From positions 1 to 59,130 of the forward strand of contig CAZKFB010000003.1 in the NCBI GenBank assembly GCA_964551965.1: DNA of 59,130 nt. The letters run 5' to 3'. The position numbers and the translations under genes were made by a program. Each line of letters begins with the position of its first letter. The first letter of the stretch is position 1. The notes under the pieces are model-generated. The model made no database searches and was not told where the DNA came from. It saw nothing but the letters and a program-made list of their open reading frames with translations. Shown here in pieces: positions 49,241 to 58,315 of the stretch. Source of the DNA: an uncultured Muribaculaceae bacterium (GTDB taxonomy: Bacteria > Bacillota_I > Bacilli_A > RF39 > UBA660).

Positions 49241-50203
49241 TTATTTATTTTGATTTAATTGATAGTTCATATACTTATTATATGCTCTTTCAATATCTTT
49301 ATCATTTATCTTGATATTATTTCTTTTTCTTAAATCATTAAGTGCTTGATATTGCATAGTTGAGTCTTTTTCTTGTTTATCTTCAGCTAATGTTGATTTG
49401 ATTTCTTCTTTCATGTCTTCTAATTTTTCTTTTTCATATTCTTTAGTTTTTAGAATTACATGATATCCATAACTAGTTTTTACTGGTGTTGTAGTATAGT
49501 TGTTTACTTTTAGAGCAAATGCTGCATTATCAAATTCGGTAACATTTTTTCCTTTAGAAAATCTTCCTAAATCTTCAAATTTAACGTCATCATTTTTTTC
49601 ATATTTTTTGAAAGCATCAAGTGCACTAGTACCTGATTTAATATCTTTCTTTATAGCTTCAATAATTTCATTAGCTTTCTCTTTAGCTTTAGTGTCGTTT
49701 GCTGTATCAGTTCCGCTTGGTGTAACTAGAATATGTACAGCTTCGATATCACCAACTACTTCATCTTTATAATATTTTTCAACTTCTTTATCAGTTACTT
49801 TAGATTTGGCAAAATCATTTGTTAATAGAGTTCTAAGTCTATTTGCTCTAACCATGTCTAAGTAATCTTCTAGAGATGAATAACCATAATATTGTAAAGC
49901 ATTAAGAAGTTGTTCTTCACTTTCATAGTTTGCTCTCATATTAGTTTCCATAGCAGTTACATAAGCATCAATATCACTTTTAGAATCTTTGTATTCACTT
50001 TCAAGTAATTTAGTATCAACTTTATCTAAGATAATACTTGTTGCATAGTCCTCTTTAAATTCTTGCCAAATCTCATCAACTGAGTATTTTGTTCCATCAC
50101 CTAACTCAACTAACACTTCTTCACCATTCTTAAGTTTAGGATTTTGTCCACAACCTGTAAGTAATAGGGTAAGTGTTGCAAGTAATAATAACTTTTTCTT
50201 CAT
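49241..50203 (-). CDS. prsA: Foldase lipoprotein PrsA (parvulin PPIase)
   Basis: LTGC lipobox, AVHILV, DLGRF, EFDNAAFAL, PVKTSYGYHVI. Confidence 0.9.
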   Translation of the reverse strand: MKKKLLLLATLTLLLTGCGQNPKLKNGEEVLVELGDGTKYSVDEIWQEFKEDYATSIILDKVDTKLLESEYKDSKSDIDAYVTAMETNMRANYESEEQLLNALQYYGYSSLEDYLDMVRANRLRTLLTNDFAKSKVTDKEVEKYYKDEVVGDIEAVHILVTPSGTDTANDTKAKEKANEIIEAIKKDIKSGTSALDAFKKYEKNDDVKFEDLGRFSKGKNVTEFDNAAFALKVNNYTTTPVKTSYGYHVILKTKEYEKEKLEDMKEEIKSTLAEDKQEKDSTMQYQALNDLRKRNNIKINDKDIERAYNKYMNYQLNQNK

Positions 50204-50261
50204 AAATTCCCTCCATAGTTAGTATTATAGCACTAAAAAAGTTAAAATACTATAAATCATG

Positions 50262-50290
50262 CACAAAATAAGTGTTTTTACCATACAATA
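50262..50290 (+). promoter_or_regulatory. Candidate sigmaK promoter
   Basis: CACA, 16-nt spacer, CATACAATA matches mACm-N16-CATA---TA. Confidence 0.55.
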
Positions 50291-50318
50291 AAGTGAGTAA
50301 TGAAAAGGAGGGAGATTA

Positions 50319-50408
50319 ATGAATAAGTGTGGTAACAATGTTTCTGGTGCAGCATTTATCTTAGTATTATTTATCTTACTTATAATTATCGTAGGGGCTT
50401 TTATTTAG
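50319..50408 (+). CDS. YjcZ/SscA-family small sporulation membrane peptide (29 aa), not in ORF track
   Basis: AAGGAGGGAG RBS; MNKCGNNVSGAAFILVLFILLIIIVGAFI carries the family motif F-x-L-V-L-F-I-L-L-I-I-x-G. Confidence 0.8.
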   Translation: MNKCGNNVSGAAFILVLFILLIIIVGAFI

Positions 50409-50423
50409 AGTGGAGGTGAAAAT

Positions 50424-50546
50424 ATGAACTGTTGTGCTTCTCAATCCTCAAATAAAAATACTAATTCTTATGGTAATACATTCTTTATAATATTAGTATT
50501 ATTTATTCTACTTGCTATTATTGTTAGTTCAATATATGCATACTAA
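50424..50546 (+). CDS. Second YjcZ/SscA-family peptide (40 aa), not in ORF track
   Basis: GGAGGTG RBS; MNCCASQSSNKNTNSYGNTFFIILVLFILLAIIVSSIYAY; hairpin plus T-tract after the stop. Confidence 0.75.
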   Translation: MNCCASQSSNKNTNSYGNTFFIILVLFILLAIIVSSIYAY

Positions 50547-50748
50547 GGGGCTTTGCCTCTTTTTTCTTGTTAAATTTTAGTGAAATAAATGTCATATTGT
50601 GTCAAATCTATATTAATATAATAATAATTGGTGTTATAATAAATTTAGACTAAGTTATGTAACTTATGTTTTTTTGCTAAAAAAATTTGCAATTTGTAGT
50701 TATTTATGATAGTATATTAACCAACTTAAAAAGGGAGATTAAGTTAGT

Positions 50749-51414
50749 GTGAAAGGAAAAGAAGATATGAAAGAGAATTATGCGACAATTGAGTTTACTT
50801 TATCTAGATCGATGTACAATGCCGTTAAGAGAATTTTTGACATAGTTGTAAGTTTGATTTCATTAATTTTATTATCACCAATACTTTTAATAATTGCAAT
50901 TGCAATCAGATTAGAAGATGGAGGCAAAGCCATTTTAGTTCAAGATCGAATCGGACTAAATGGTAAACTATTCAAATTCTATAAATTTAGATCAATGATT
51001 AAAGATGCTGATAAAGTTTTATTTGAATTATTAGAAAGTGATGAACAATTAGCATTAGAATATAAAATTAATAAGAAGTTAGTAAACGATCCGAGAATTA
51101 CTAAGATTGGTAAATTTATTAGAAAGACTTCTCTAGATGAGTTACCTCAATTAATCAATATTTTAAAAGGAGATATGTCATTTGTTGGTAATAGACCTTA
51201 TTTACCTAGAGAAATTGATGATATGCAACCTTATTATGAAAGCATTGTTAAATCTAAGCCGGGCTTAACTGGATTGTGGCAAGTAAGCGGAAGAAGTAAT
51301 TTAACATTTAAAAATAGATGTAAGATTGAAGCTAATTACAGTGAAAAGATGAGTTTATCTTTAGATATTAAAATATTCTTTAAGACATTTGCAGTTATAT
51401 TAAAAGGATTATAG
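50749..51414 (+). CDS. Priming sugar transferase (Bac_transf family)
   Basis: KRIFDI, FYKFRSM, DPRITKIGKFIRKTSLDELPQ, VGNRP, PGLTGLWQVSGR. Confidence 0.93.
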   Translation: MKGKEDMKENYATIEFTLSRSMYNAVKRIFDIVVSLISLILLSPILLIIAIAIRLEDGGKAILVQDRIGLNGKLFKFYKFRSMIKDADKVLFELLESDEQLALEYKINKKLVNDPRITKIGKFIRKTSLDELPQLINILKGDMSFVGNRPYLPREIDDMQPYYESIVKSKPGLTGLWQVSGRSNLTFKNRCKIEANYSEKMSLSLDIKIFFKTFAVILKGL

Positions 51415-51484
51415 GATAATCCTTTTTTTATTGAAAAAGAAGTTTACTTGTAATATACTTGAGTATGAGAGGAAATGGGTGTTT

Positions 51485-52903
51485 ATGAGATTAAAGAAAA
51501 TTTATAAATATATTATATCTATTGTGTTTTTTATACCATTAGTAATATTAAGTTATAATATCTATAAGTTAAATTTTTTACCAATGAATTATTATTTAAT
51601 ATTAAATGCGATATTATTATCATTGCTAACATTAGCTAATATTTGTCTATTTGTTAGAAAGAAATGGACTAAAGTTATTACGGTAATATTATATGCATTA
51701 CTAGTTGCTATAAGTGTTATTGGTATTAAATATATAGGAGATACTAATAATTTCTTAGATAAGAACTTTGATAACGCTAAGAATACATATGATTTATCCT
51801 ATTATATTTTAAGTAAAAATAATTATAAGAAAGAAGATTTAGTAGGTAAAGAAGTATATTATTATGAGAAAACTAGTAAGATTAATGAAGTTATCGCAAG
51901 AATTAATAAAGATATAAAGGTTAATTTAATATCTATTAATTCTGTAGATCGATTAATTAAAAGTGATTTATTTTTAATTGATAGTGCTTCTTATGATATG
52001 CAATGTGAATTAGGAACTATGAAGAAAAGTGATTATAAAATAGTATATGAAGTTAATATGACTTTTGAAGAAGATAACAGTAGTAATGAAGAAAATGAAG
52101 AAGAAAATAATAAGACTCCAGTAAAAGAAAAAGATCCCGATGTATTAAATATATATATTGGTGGATATGATTTTTCGGGTGTAAGAATGGATTTCAATGC
52201 TTTAGTTACATTGAATATGAGAACACATAAGATGGTTGTTACTAGTATACCTAGAGATTATTACCTAACTGTTCCTGGAAAGGGAAAAGATACTTTATCT
52301 ACTATGAGCCCTTATGGAGTAAAGAATAATGTTAGATCAGTAGAAAACTTACTAGGAGTAAAAGTTGACTATTACTTAATAGTTGAAACGACAAGTTTAG
52401 TTAAGCTGGTTGATACTATTGGTGGTATTACTTATTGTTCTGATAAAGCTTATACTACAGATCACGCTTTAGTAATTGGAACTTATGATGATTCTCAAGG
52501 AGAACATTTAGAGGTTATTAAGGGATGTCAACAATTAAATGGTATTGAAACTCTTACTGTTGCAAGAGAGAGAAATGCTTATGATACACAAGATATTGCG
52601 AGAACGAAAAATGATGCTAAGATTATGAATGCTATTTTAAATAAGATGAAGTCACCAAGTATTGCAACTAAATATACTAGTGTATTAAATGCTGTTGGTG
52701 GAATGTATACAACAACAATGCCAAAGACAGTAGTACAAGACGGAGTTAAGAGTATTCTTACTTCTAATTGGAGTATTAAAAATGTCTATCTAACAGGTAA
52801 GACAACTTGGGGAACATGTGAACTTTCTGGTGCATATAAGTATGTAATGCATCCAAGTCAACCTTCAGTTAATAGTGCAAAACAAGCTATAAGAGAAGTT
52901 TAA
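51485..52903 (+). CDS. LCP (LytR-CpsA-Psr) family protein
   Basis: Three N-terminal TMs; SIPRDYY, KVDYY, VDTIGGI, ARER; track start 51431. Confidence 0.88.
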   Translation: MRLKKIYKYIISIVFFIPLVILSYNIYKLNFLPMNYYLILNAILLSLLTLANICLFVRKKWTKVITVILYALLVAISVIGIKYIGDTNNFLDKNFDNAKNTYDLSYYILSKNNYKKEDLVGKEVYYYEKTSKINEVIARINKDIKVNLISINSVDRLIKSDLFLIDSASYDMQCELGTMKKSDYKIVYEVNMTFEEDNSSNEENEEENNKTPVKEKDPDVLNIYIGGYDFSGVRMDFNALVTLNMRTHKMVVTSIPRDYYLTVPGKGKDTLSTMSPYGVKNNVRSVENLLGVKVDYYLIVETTSLVKLVDTIGGITYCSDKAYTTDHALVIGTYDDSQGEHLEVIKGCQQLNGIETLTVARERNAYDTQDIARTKNDAKIMNAILNKMKSPSIATKYTSVLNAVGGMYTTTMPKTVVQDGVKSILTSNWSIKNVYLTGKTTWGTCELSGAYKYVMHPSQPSVNSAKQAIREV

Positions 52904-52968
52904 AAATAATCCTTTATGGATTATTTTTTTATGTTTATATGCTATAATCTATAATAGGAGTGATGATA

Positions 52969-53973
52969 ATGAAAATATTAGTAACTGGAGGATGTGGATA
53001 TATTGGATCTCATACAACAGTAGAACTACTTAATAACAACTACGAAGTTGTAATATTAGATAATTTATCTAATAGCAAGATAGATGTATTGGATAAAATA
53101 AAGAAGTTAACTAATAAAGATGTTATTTTCTATGAAGGTAATATGATAGATAGTGATCTTTTAGAGAAAATATTTACGGAGAATAAAATAGATGCTGTAA
53201 TTGATTTTGCTGCTTACAAAGCGGTAGGTGAATCAGTTAAGAAACCAATTGACTACTATATCAATAATGTATCTACAGTATTAGAATTAATTAGTGCAAT
53301 GAAAAAGCATGATGTTAAGAAAATTGTATTCTCTTCATCAGCTACCGTTTATGGTGATCCAGAAACGGTACCAATAACTGAAGACTCGAAAACGGGTGGA
53401 ACTACTAATCCTTATGGAACAAGTAAACTAATGGTCGAAAGAATATTAAAAGATTTATATAATTCAGATAATGAGTGGGATATTTGTATACTTAGATACT
53501 TTAATCCAATTGGGGCTCATGAATCAGGACTTATTGGCGAATCTCCTAATGGTATACCAGCTAATTTAATGCCATATATTGCTAAAGTAGCTAGCGGTGA
53601 ATTAGAAGTATTAAGTGTATTTGGAAATGATTATAATACGCCTGATGGTACGGGAGTAAGAGATTATATTCATGTAGTGGATTTAGCTATTGGACATATT
53701 AAAGCATTAGAAAAACTTGAAAGAGAAGGTAAAGGTTTATTTATATATAATTTAGGTACTGGTACAGGTTATAGTGTGCTTGATATGATAGATGCTTTTG
53801 AGAAAGCTAATAATATTAAAGTAAATTATAAAATAGTAGATAGAAGACCGGGAGATATTGCTGAATGCTATGCTGATCCAAAGAAAGCAAGAGAAGAACT
53901 AGGATTTGTAGCAACGAGAACTTTAGAAGATATGTGTCGCGATTCATGGAATTTTGAAAAGAACTATAAATAG
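52969..53973 (+). CDS. galE: UDP-glucose 4-epimerase
   Basis: [39 protein letters not shown]. Confidence 0.96.
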   Translation: MKILVTGGCGYIGSHTTVELLNNNYEVVILDNLSNSKIDVLDKIKKLTNKDVIFYEGNMIDSDLLEKIFTENKIDAVIDFAAYKAVGESVKKPIDYYINNVSTVLELISAMKKHDVKKIVFSSSATVYGDPETVPITEDSKTGGTTNPYGTSKLMVERILKDLYNSDNEWDICILRYFNPIGAHESGLIGESPNGIPANLMPYIAKVASGELEVLSVFGNDYNTPDGTGVRDYIHVVDLAIGHIKALEKLEREGKGLFIYNLGTGTGYSVLDMIDAFEKANNIKVNYKIVDRRPGDIAECYADPKKAREELGFVATRTLEDMCRDSWNFEKNYK

Positions 53974-54022
53974 TAAAAAATTATGTTATAATTATAAAGG
54001 ATTTATTTAGAAAAGTGATACT

Positions 54023-54544
54023 ATGAGTAAAAAGAAAAAAGTAATTATAGCTATATTATTTATGTTTGTAATATTATGGTGTATAGGTATTTATTTACTA
54101 AGTGATATGAATACCGATAATTCTAATGGTAAGAGTTTAAGTTTTATATCAATATTCATTGAAGATACATTAAAGATAACTAATGAATTTGATATTACTT
54201 CAAGTAATCCTAGTCCCGAAAAGCTATTAAGAGCAAGTATATTACTAAATAAGCCACTTAGAAAAGTAGCTCATGCTTCCGTATACTTTGTCTTAGGATT
54301 CATAATTCTTCTTATTATTAATATGATATTAGATAATAAAAAATATTTTATATCATTGTTTATAACTATTTCTATTACGATTACTCTAGCTATACTCGAT
54401 GAATATCATCAAACAATGGTTGCCGGTAGAACGGGTGCTGTATTAGATGTCGTAATTGATAATATAGGTGCAATAGTAGGTTGTTTATTCTATACTACTT
54501 ATTATATAGCTTATCGATTAGGATTGAAAAAGAAAGACAATTAA
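54023..54544 (+). CDS. VanZ-family membrane protein
   Basis: RKVAHASVYF, DEYHQTMVAGR, DVVID. Confidence 0.88.
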   Translation: MSKKKKVIIAILFMFVILWCIGIYLLSDMNTDNSNGKSLSFISIFIEDTLKITNEFDITSSNPSPEKLLRASILLNKPLRKVAHASVYFVLGFIILLIINMILDNKKYFISLFITISITITLAILDEYHQTMVAGRTGAVLDVVIDNIGAIVGCLFYTTYYIAYRLGLKKKDN

Positions 54545-54623
54545 TAAAGATTATACTTAGGTATAATCTTTTTAACTTTACTTTTTAATTAAAAAATGTT
54601 AAAGTATTACCTAAAAAAGAGGG

Positions 54624-55571
54624 ATGAAATGTATGTTAAGACTAAAAAGTAAATTTGCAGTGTTATCTATGCTTGGTATGTTGGGATTTAGTTTAGCTGG
54701 ATGTGGCAAGAAAGATGATCATATTGTTGATAATGATGTCTATTTTTATTATGATGATAAGGATGAAACAGATTCTAATGAAATAGATACTAACAATGAC
54801 AATATTAATATAATATATATTAACAATGGCACGATTTCGGTAAATGCAATAGAAACTGTTACTGCTAAATGTGATGTAAATATTCGTGAAACTCCAATCG
54901 ATGGAAATGTATTGAAAGTTTTACTAAAGGGGGAATCATTACCACTTTTAGAAAAACTAGATAATGGTTGGTATGCTGTTAAGTTTGACGGCGGAGTTGC
55001 TTATATATGTGGCAAGTATTTGAGTGTTATGACAGAATATGAGATTACTTCAAGTATTAAAGACATTTACTATACAAACGATACTACAGAATTAAAGGTA
55101 TCTGCATGTTTTAGTAATTCTGGTAAAGAAGAAACTATTTCCATTGATAAAAACGTATGTATTGAAGTGTATGGTGAAGAAGGAGATTCCTACATTGCTT
55201 GTGTTGATGGACATATTGGTTATATTGGAAGAGAAAATCTAACTAAACTATCTGGTGAATTTGCTGTTATCGATTTAAGTGATAAAACAATTACTCTATA
55301 TAGGGATAACGAAGTAGTATCTGTTTTACCTGCTACTATTAATATCGATGCTTCTAACGCTAAAGGTTTATTTTACATATTTGAGATTAAAACTGATAGA
55401 TGTTTAATTGGTAAAGATTATCAAGTTTATGTTGATTATGTAGCTTATTATAATGGTGGTTCTTCATATATTACTTATGGATCTGATGGTGGAGTTAATG
55501 TACCTGAAGAATCAATAGATGAAGTAAGAAAAACACTTCATCTTAGTTCAGAAATAATTGTTCAACAATAA
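54624..55571 (+). CDS. Lipoprotein with SH3b domains and degenerate L,D-transpeptidase (YkuD)-like domain
   Basis: LAGC lipobox; VNIRETP...GWYAV...YI SH3b; VIDLSDKTITLY and GSDGGVNVP in place of SHGC. Confidence 0.7.
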   Translation: MKCMLRLKSKFAVLSMLGMLGFSLAGCGKKDDHIVDNDVYFYYDDKDETDSNEIDTNNDNINIIYINNGTISVNAIETVTAKCDVNIRETPIDGNVLKVLLKGESLPLLEKLDNGWYAVKFDGGVAYICGKYLSVMTEYEITSSIKDIYYTNDTTELKVSACFSNSGKEETISIDKNVCIEVYGEEGDSYIACVDGHIGYIGRENLTKLSGEFAVIDLSDKTITLYRDNEVVSVLPATINIDASNAKGLFYIFEIKTDRCLIGKDYQVYVDYVAYYNGGSSYITYGSDGGVNVPEESIDEVRKTLHLSSEIIVQQ

Positions 55572-55652
55572 AGAGATTTAATCTCTTTTTTTATGTATTA
55601 ATTGATAAAAAACAATTATTTTGCTAATATTATATTGAAAGTAGGTAAGACA

Positions 55653-56822
55653 ATGAAAATAGCAATTGCTGGCGCTGGATATGTTGGATTATCATTAGCT
55701 GTTTTATTAAGTCAAAAATGTGAAGTTGTCGCGTTTGATGTCAATAAAGAGAAAGTGGATTCTATTAATAATAGAATTAGTCCCATTACGGATGCATATA
55801 TAGAAGATTATCTTAGTAATAAAGAATTAAATTTAAGGGCATCTACTGATTATAAAGATGCTTTTGATAATGCGGACTATGTAATAATAAGTACACCAAC
55901 TAACTATGATGATGAAACAAATTACTTTGATACTTCCTTAGTTGAAGATGTAATTAAAAAAGTAATTGAAATTGGCAGTGAGAAGACCACAATGATAATT
56001 AAATCAACAATACCTGTAGGTTTTACGGAAGATATTAAAGTAAAGTATAAAATAGATAATATATTATTCTCTCCAGAATTTTTGAGAGAAGGTAAAGCTT
56101 TATATGATAATTTATATCCTTCAAGAATTATTATTGGAGCTAAATCTGAAGAAGCTAAAAAATTTGGAGAATTATTGAAATCTTCAGCTTTAAAAGAAGA
56201 TGTTGAAGTAATATATATGAATAGTACGGAAGCAGAAGCAGTAAAGTTATTTGCTAATACTTATTTAGCACTAAGAGTATCTTATTTCAATGAACTTGAT
56301 ACTTATGCGGAGATTAAGTGCTTAAATACTAAAGATATTATTGAAGGTGTATGTTTAGATCCAAGAATAGGTAATTATTATAATAATCCTTCTTTCGGTT
56401 ATGGCGGTTATTGCTTACCTAAAGATACTAAACAATTGTTAGCAAATTATAATAATGTTCCGGAGAATATAATAGGTGCAATTATTAATTCAAATGAAAC
56501 AAGAAAAGATCATATAACAGAAATGATTAAGAAGAAGAAACCAAAAGTAGTTGGTGTGTATAGATTAATCATGAAAAGTGGATCTGATAACTTTAGGTCA
56601 AGTGCTATCTTTGGTATTATCGAAAGATTAAAGAGAGATGGTATTAATGTTTCTATATATGAACCAAGTATCAAAGAAAATACTTATCATGGTATTGAAA
56701 TTATTCATGACCTTGATTTATTTAAATCAATAAGTGATGTTGTAATTACAAATAGGTATGATGATAAGCTAGAAGATATAAAAGATATTATTTATACTAG
56801 AGATGTATTCTCACGTGACTAA
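55653..56822 (+). CDS. ugd: UDP-glucose 6-dehydrogenase
   Basis: GAGYVG, STPT, KSTIP, SPEFLREG, YGGYCLPKD, DNFRSS; track start 55602. Confidence 0.95.
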   Translation: MKIAIAGAGYVGLSLAVLLSQKCEVVAFDVNKEKVDSINNRISPITDAYIEDYLSNKELNLRASTDYKDAFDNADYVIISTPTNYDDETNYFDTSLVEDVIKKVIEIGSEKTTMIIKSTIPVGFTEDIKVKYKIDNILFSPEFLREGKALYDNLYPSRIIIGAKSEEAKKFGELLKSSALKEDVEVIYMNSTEAEAVKLFANTYLALRVSYFNELDTYAEIKCLNTKDIIEGVCLDPRIGNYYNNPSFGYGGYCLPKDTKQLLANYNNVPENIIGAIINSNETRKDHITEMIKKKKPKVVGVYRLIMKSGSDNFRSSAIFGIIERLKRDGINVSIYEPSIKENTYHGIEIIHDLDLFKSISDVVITNRYDDKLEDIKDIIYTRDVFSRD

Positions 56823-56878
56823 TTTGAATTTTCTATGTATTTATGGTATAATAATCAGCAATTTAAGGGGGTTATTAT

Positions 56879-57475
56879 ATGAGTTATGAAAGTGAATTAT
56901 TATTAGGTAAAGTAAAAGAGAAAGACATAATTTCATATAAAATAATGCAATATTTAGGTAATTCTGGAACATATGGTTTAAAAGAAATGAAATTAGCTAA
57001 TATATTGGATTCTAGATTGTATAGTATGTTTTTAAAATCTATAGATAAAGAAAGTGCCAAAAGATTAAAAGCTATTGATGCTTTAATATGTGAAACAATT
57101 ATCAATATCGTTGGTGATACTAATTGGGCAATCGATAGAAATGGTGCTGAAATGGTTGACAATTATCAAAACTGGGGTGATCCAGAATTTAGATCATGTG
57201 ATATTCATCGAATTAAAAGAGATGATAGTGGTTTCTATGTCGAGGAATCTAGTAATAATTATGATGAGAGTATTAATCGAGTTTCTAATGCTTTCTTAAA
57301 TACCAATAAAAAATCTTTTGACGATTTACATCGATTATATTTTGAAAAAGAAAGTATAATGCGTGGTAATTATTCTTTAAGACAAGGATTAATGGATTAT
57401 GATTTTCCAAGATTAATCTCTAGTCATTTAGGATATTATCAAGAAAAAAATATAAGAAGAAAATTAGTTAGTTAA
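56879..57475 (+). CDS. Hypothetical protein (198 aa)
   Basis: AAGGGGG RBS, TGGTATAAT at 56844. Confidence 0.7.
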   Translation: MSYESELLLGKVKEKDIISYKIMQYLGNSGTYGLKEMKLANILDSRLYSMFLKSIDKESAKRLKAIDALICETIINIVGDTNWAIDRNGAEMVDNYQNWGDPEFRSCDIHRIKRDDSGFYVEESSNNYDESINRVSNAFLNTNKKSFDDLHRLYFEKESIMRGNYSLRQGLMDYDFPRLISSHLGYYQEKNIRRKLVS

Positions 57476-57531
57476 AAACTTAGGTAAAACTAAGTTTTTT
57501 TATGCTATAATGCTAATTGGAGAGTGGTAGT

Positions 57532-58176
57532 ATGGCATCAGCAATTATTCATATAGCAGTTGCTAAGAAAGTAAATGAAGTATTAAATGTTAATCCCGAA
57601 AATCATCTTTTATTGGGTGCAATAGCTCCTGATATTGCTAAGATGGTTGGATCTGAAAGATATATAAGTCATTTTATAGACGAAAGTGATAAAGAAACTA
57701 CTAGTATTCCTAATATTGATAATTTCTTAAGTAAGTATAAGAAGTATTTAAATAATCCTTATGAACTAGGATACTATATTCATCTTCTTACAGATGTTCT
57801 TTGGTTTAAAGAGTATTTACCTAATATAGCTAATGAAGAGGAATATATTATCTATAATAAAGAAGGTATACCAATTAAGTATGATGAAGATGAATATTCA
57901 AAAATTATTTATAATGATTATACTAATATGAATATAGAAGTAGTAGATTATTATGGAATGGATTTTTCTCTATTCTATGAAAATTTTGAATATCCGGAAA
58001 ACCATATTAAAGAAGTTGATGAAAAATACTTTGATGATGTTATAAAGAAGTTTGGTGAGTTATCTAGTGCGGAAGCTAAAGATGATACTTATGTAATGGA
58101 TATTGAGAGAATAGTTCACTTTATTGAATATGCAACAGTTTATTGTTTAGATGAATTAAAGAATTTAAATTACTAA
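57532..58176 (+). CDS. Zinc-dependent phospholipase C-like metal-binding hydrolase
   Basis: IIH, LGAIAPD, SHF, GYYIHLLTD. Confidence 0.7.
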   Translation: MASAIIHIAVAKKVNEVLNVNPENHLLLGAIAPDIAKMVGSERYISHFIDESDKETTSIPNIDNFLSKYKKYLNNPYELGYYIHLLTDVLWFKEYLPNIANEEEYIIYNKEGIPIKYDEDEYSKIIYNDYTNMNIEVVDYYGMDFSLFYENFEYPENHIKEVDEKYFDDVIKKFGELSSAEAKDDTYVMDIERIVHFIEYATVYCLDELKNLNY

Positions 58177-58315
58177 GAATAAAGGAAATCAATTTATTCT
58201 TTTTTAGTGACAAAAAACCTGTAAAGAAATAATATAATATATCGAAATATATACTATTAACATACATTTATGATAAACTTAGGCCATAAAAATAATATAG
58301 TATGAAGGGAAAAAT

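Noticed and set aside
54023-54544. Glycopeptide resistance cluster
   Set aside because: Only a VanZ-family gene; no vanHAX or vanRS.
499-57299. Other short antisense or nested track ORFs (499, 3900, 10101, 10860, 11122, 14468, 17853, 18284, 23549, 23907, 24164, 32475, 33254, 36235, 41697, 47080, 49500, 56884, 57090)
   Set aside because: Fully inside well-supported genes, without RBS or motifs.
955-58200. Integron-like attC sites between orphan genes
   Set aside because: Intergenic palindromes are short A/T-flanked terminator hairpins without GTTRRRY/RYYYAAC ends, and no integrase is present.
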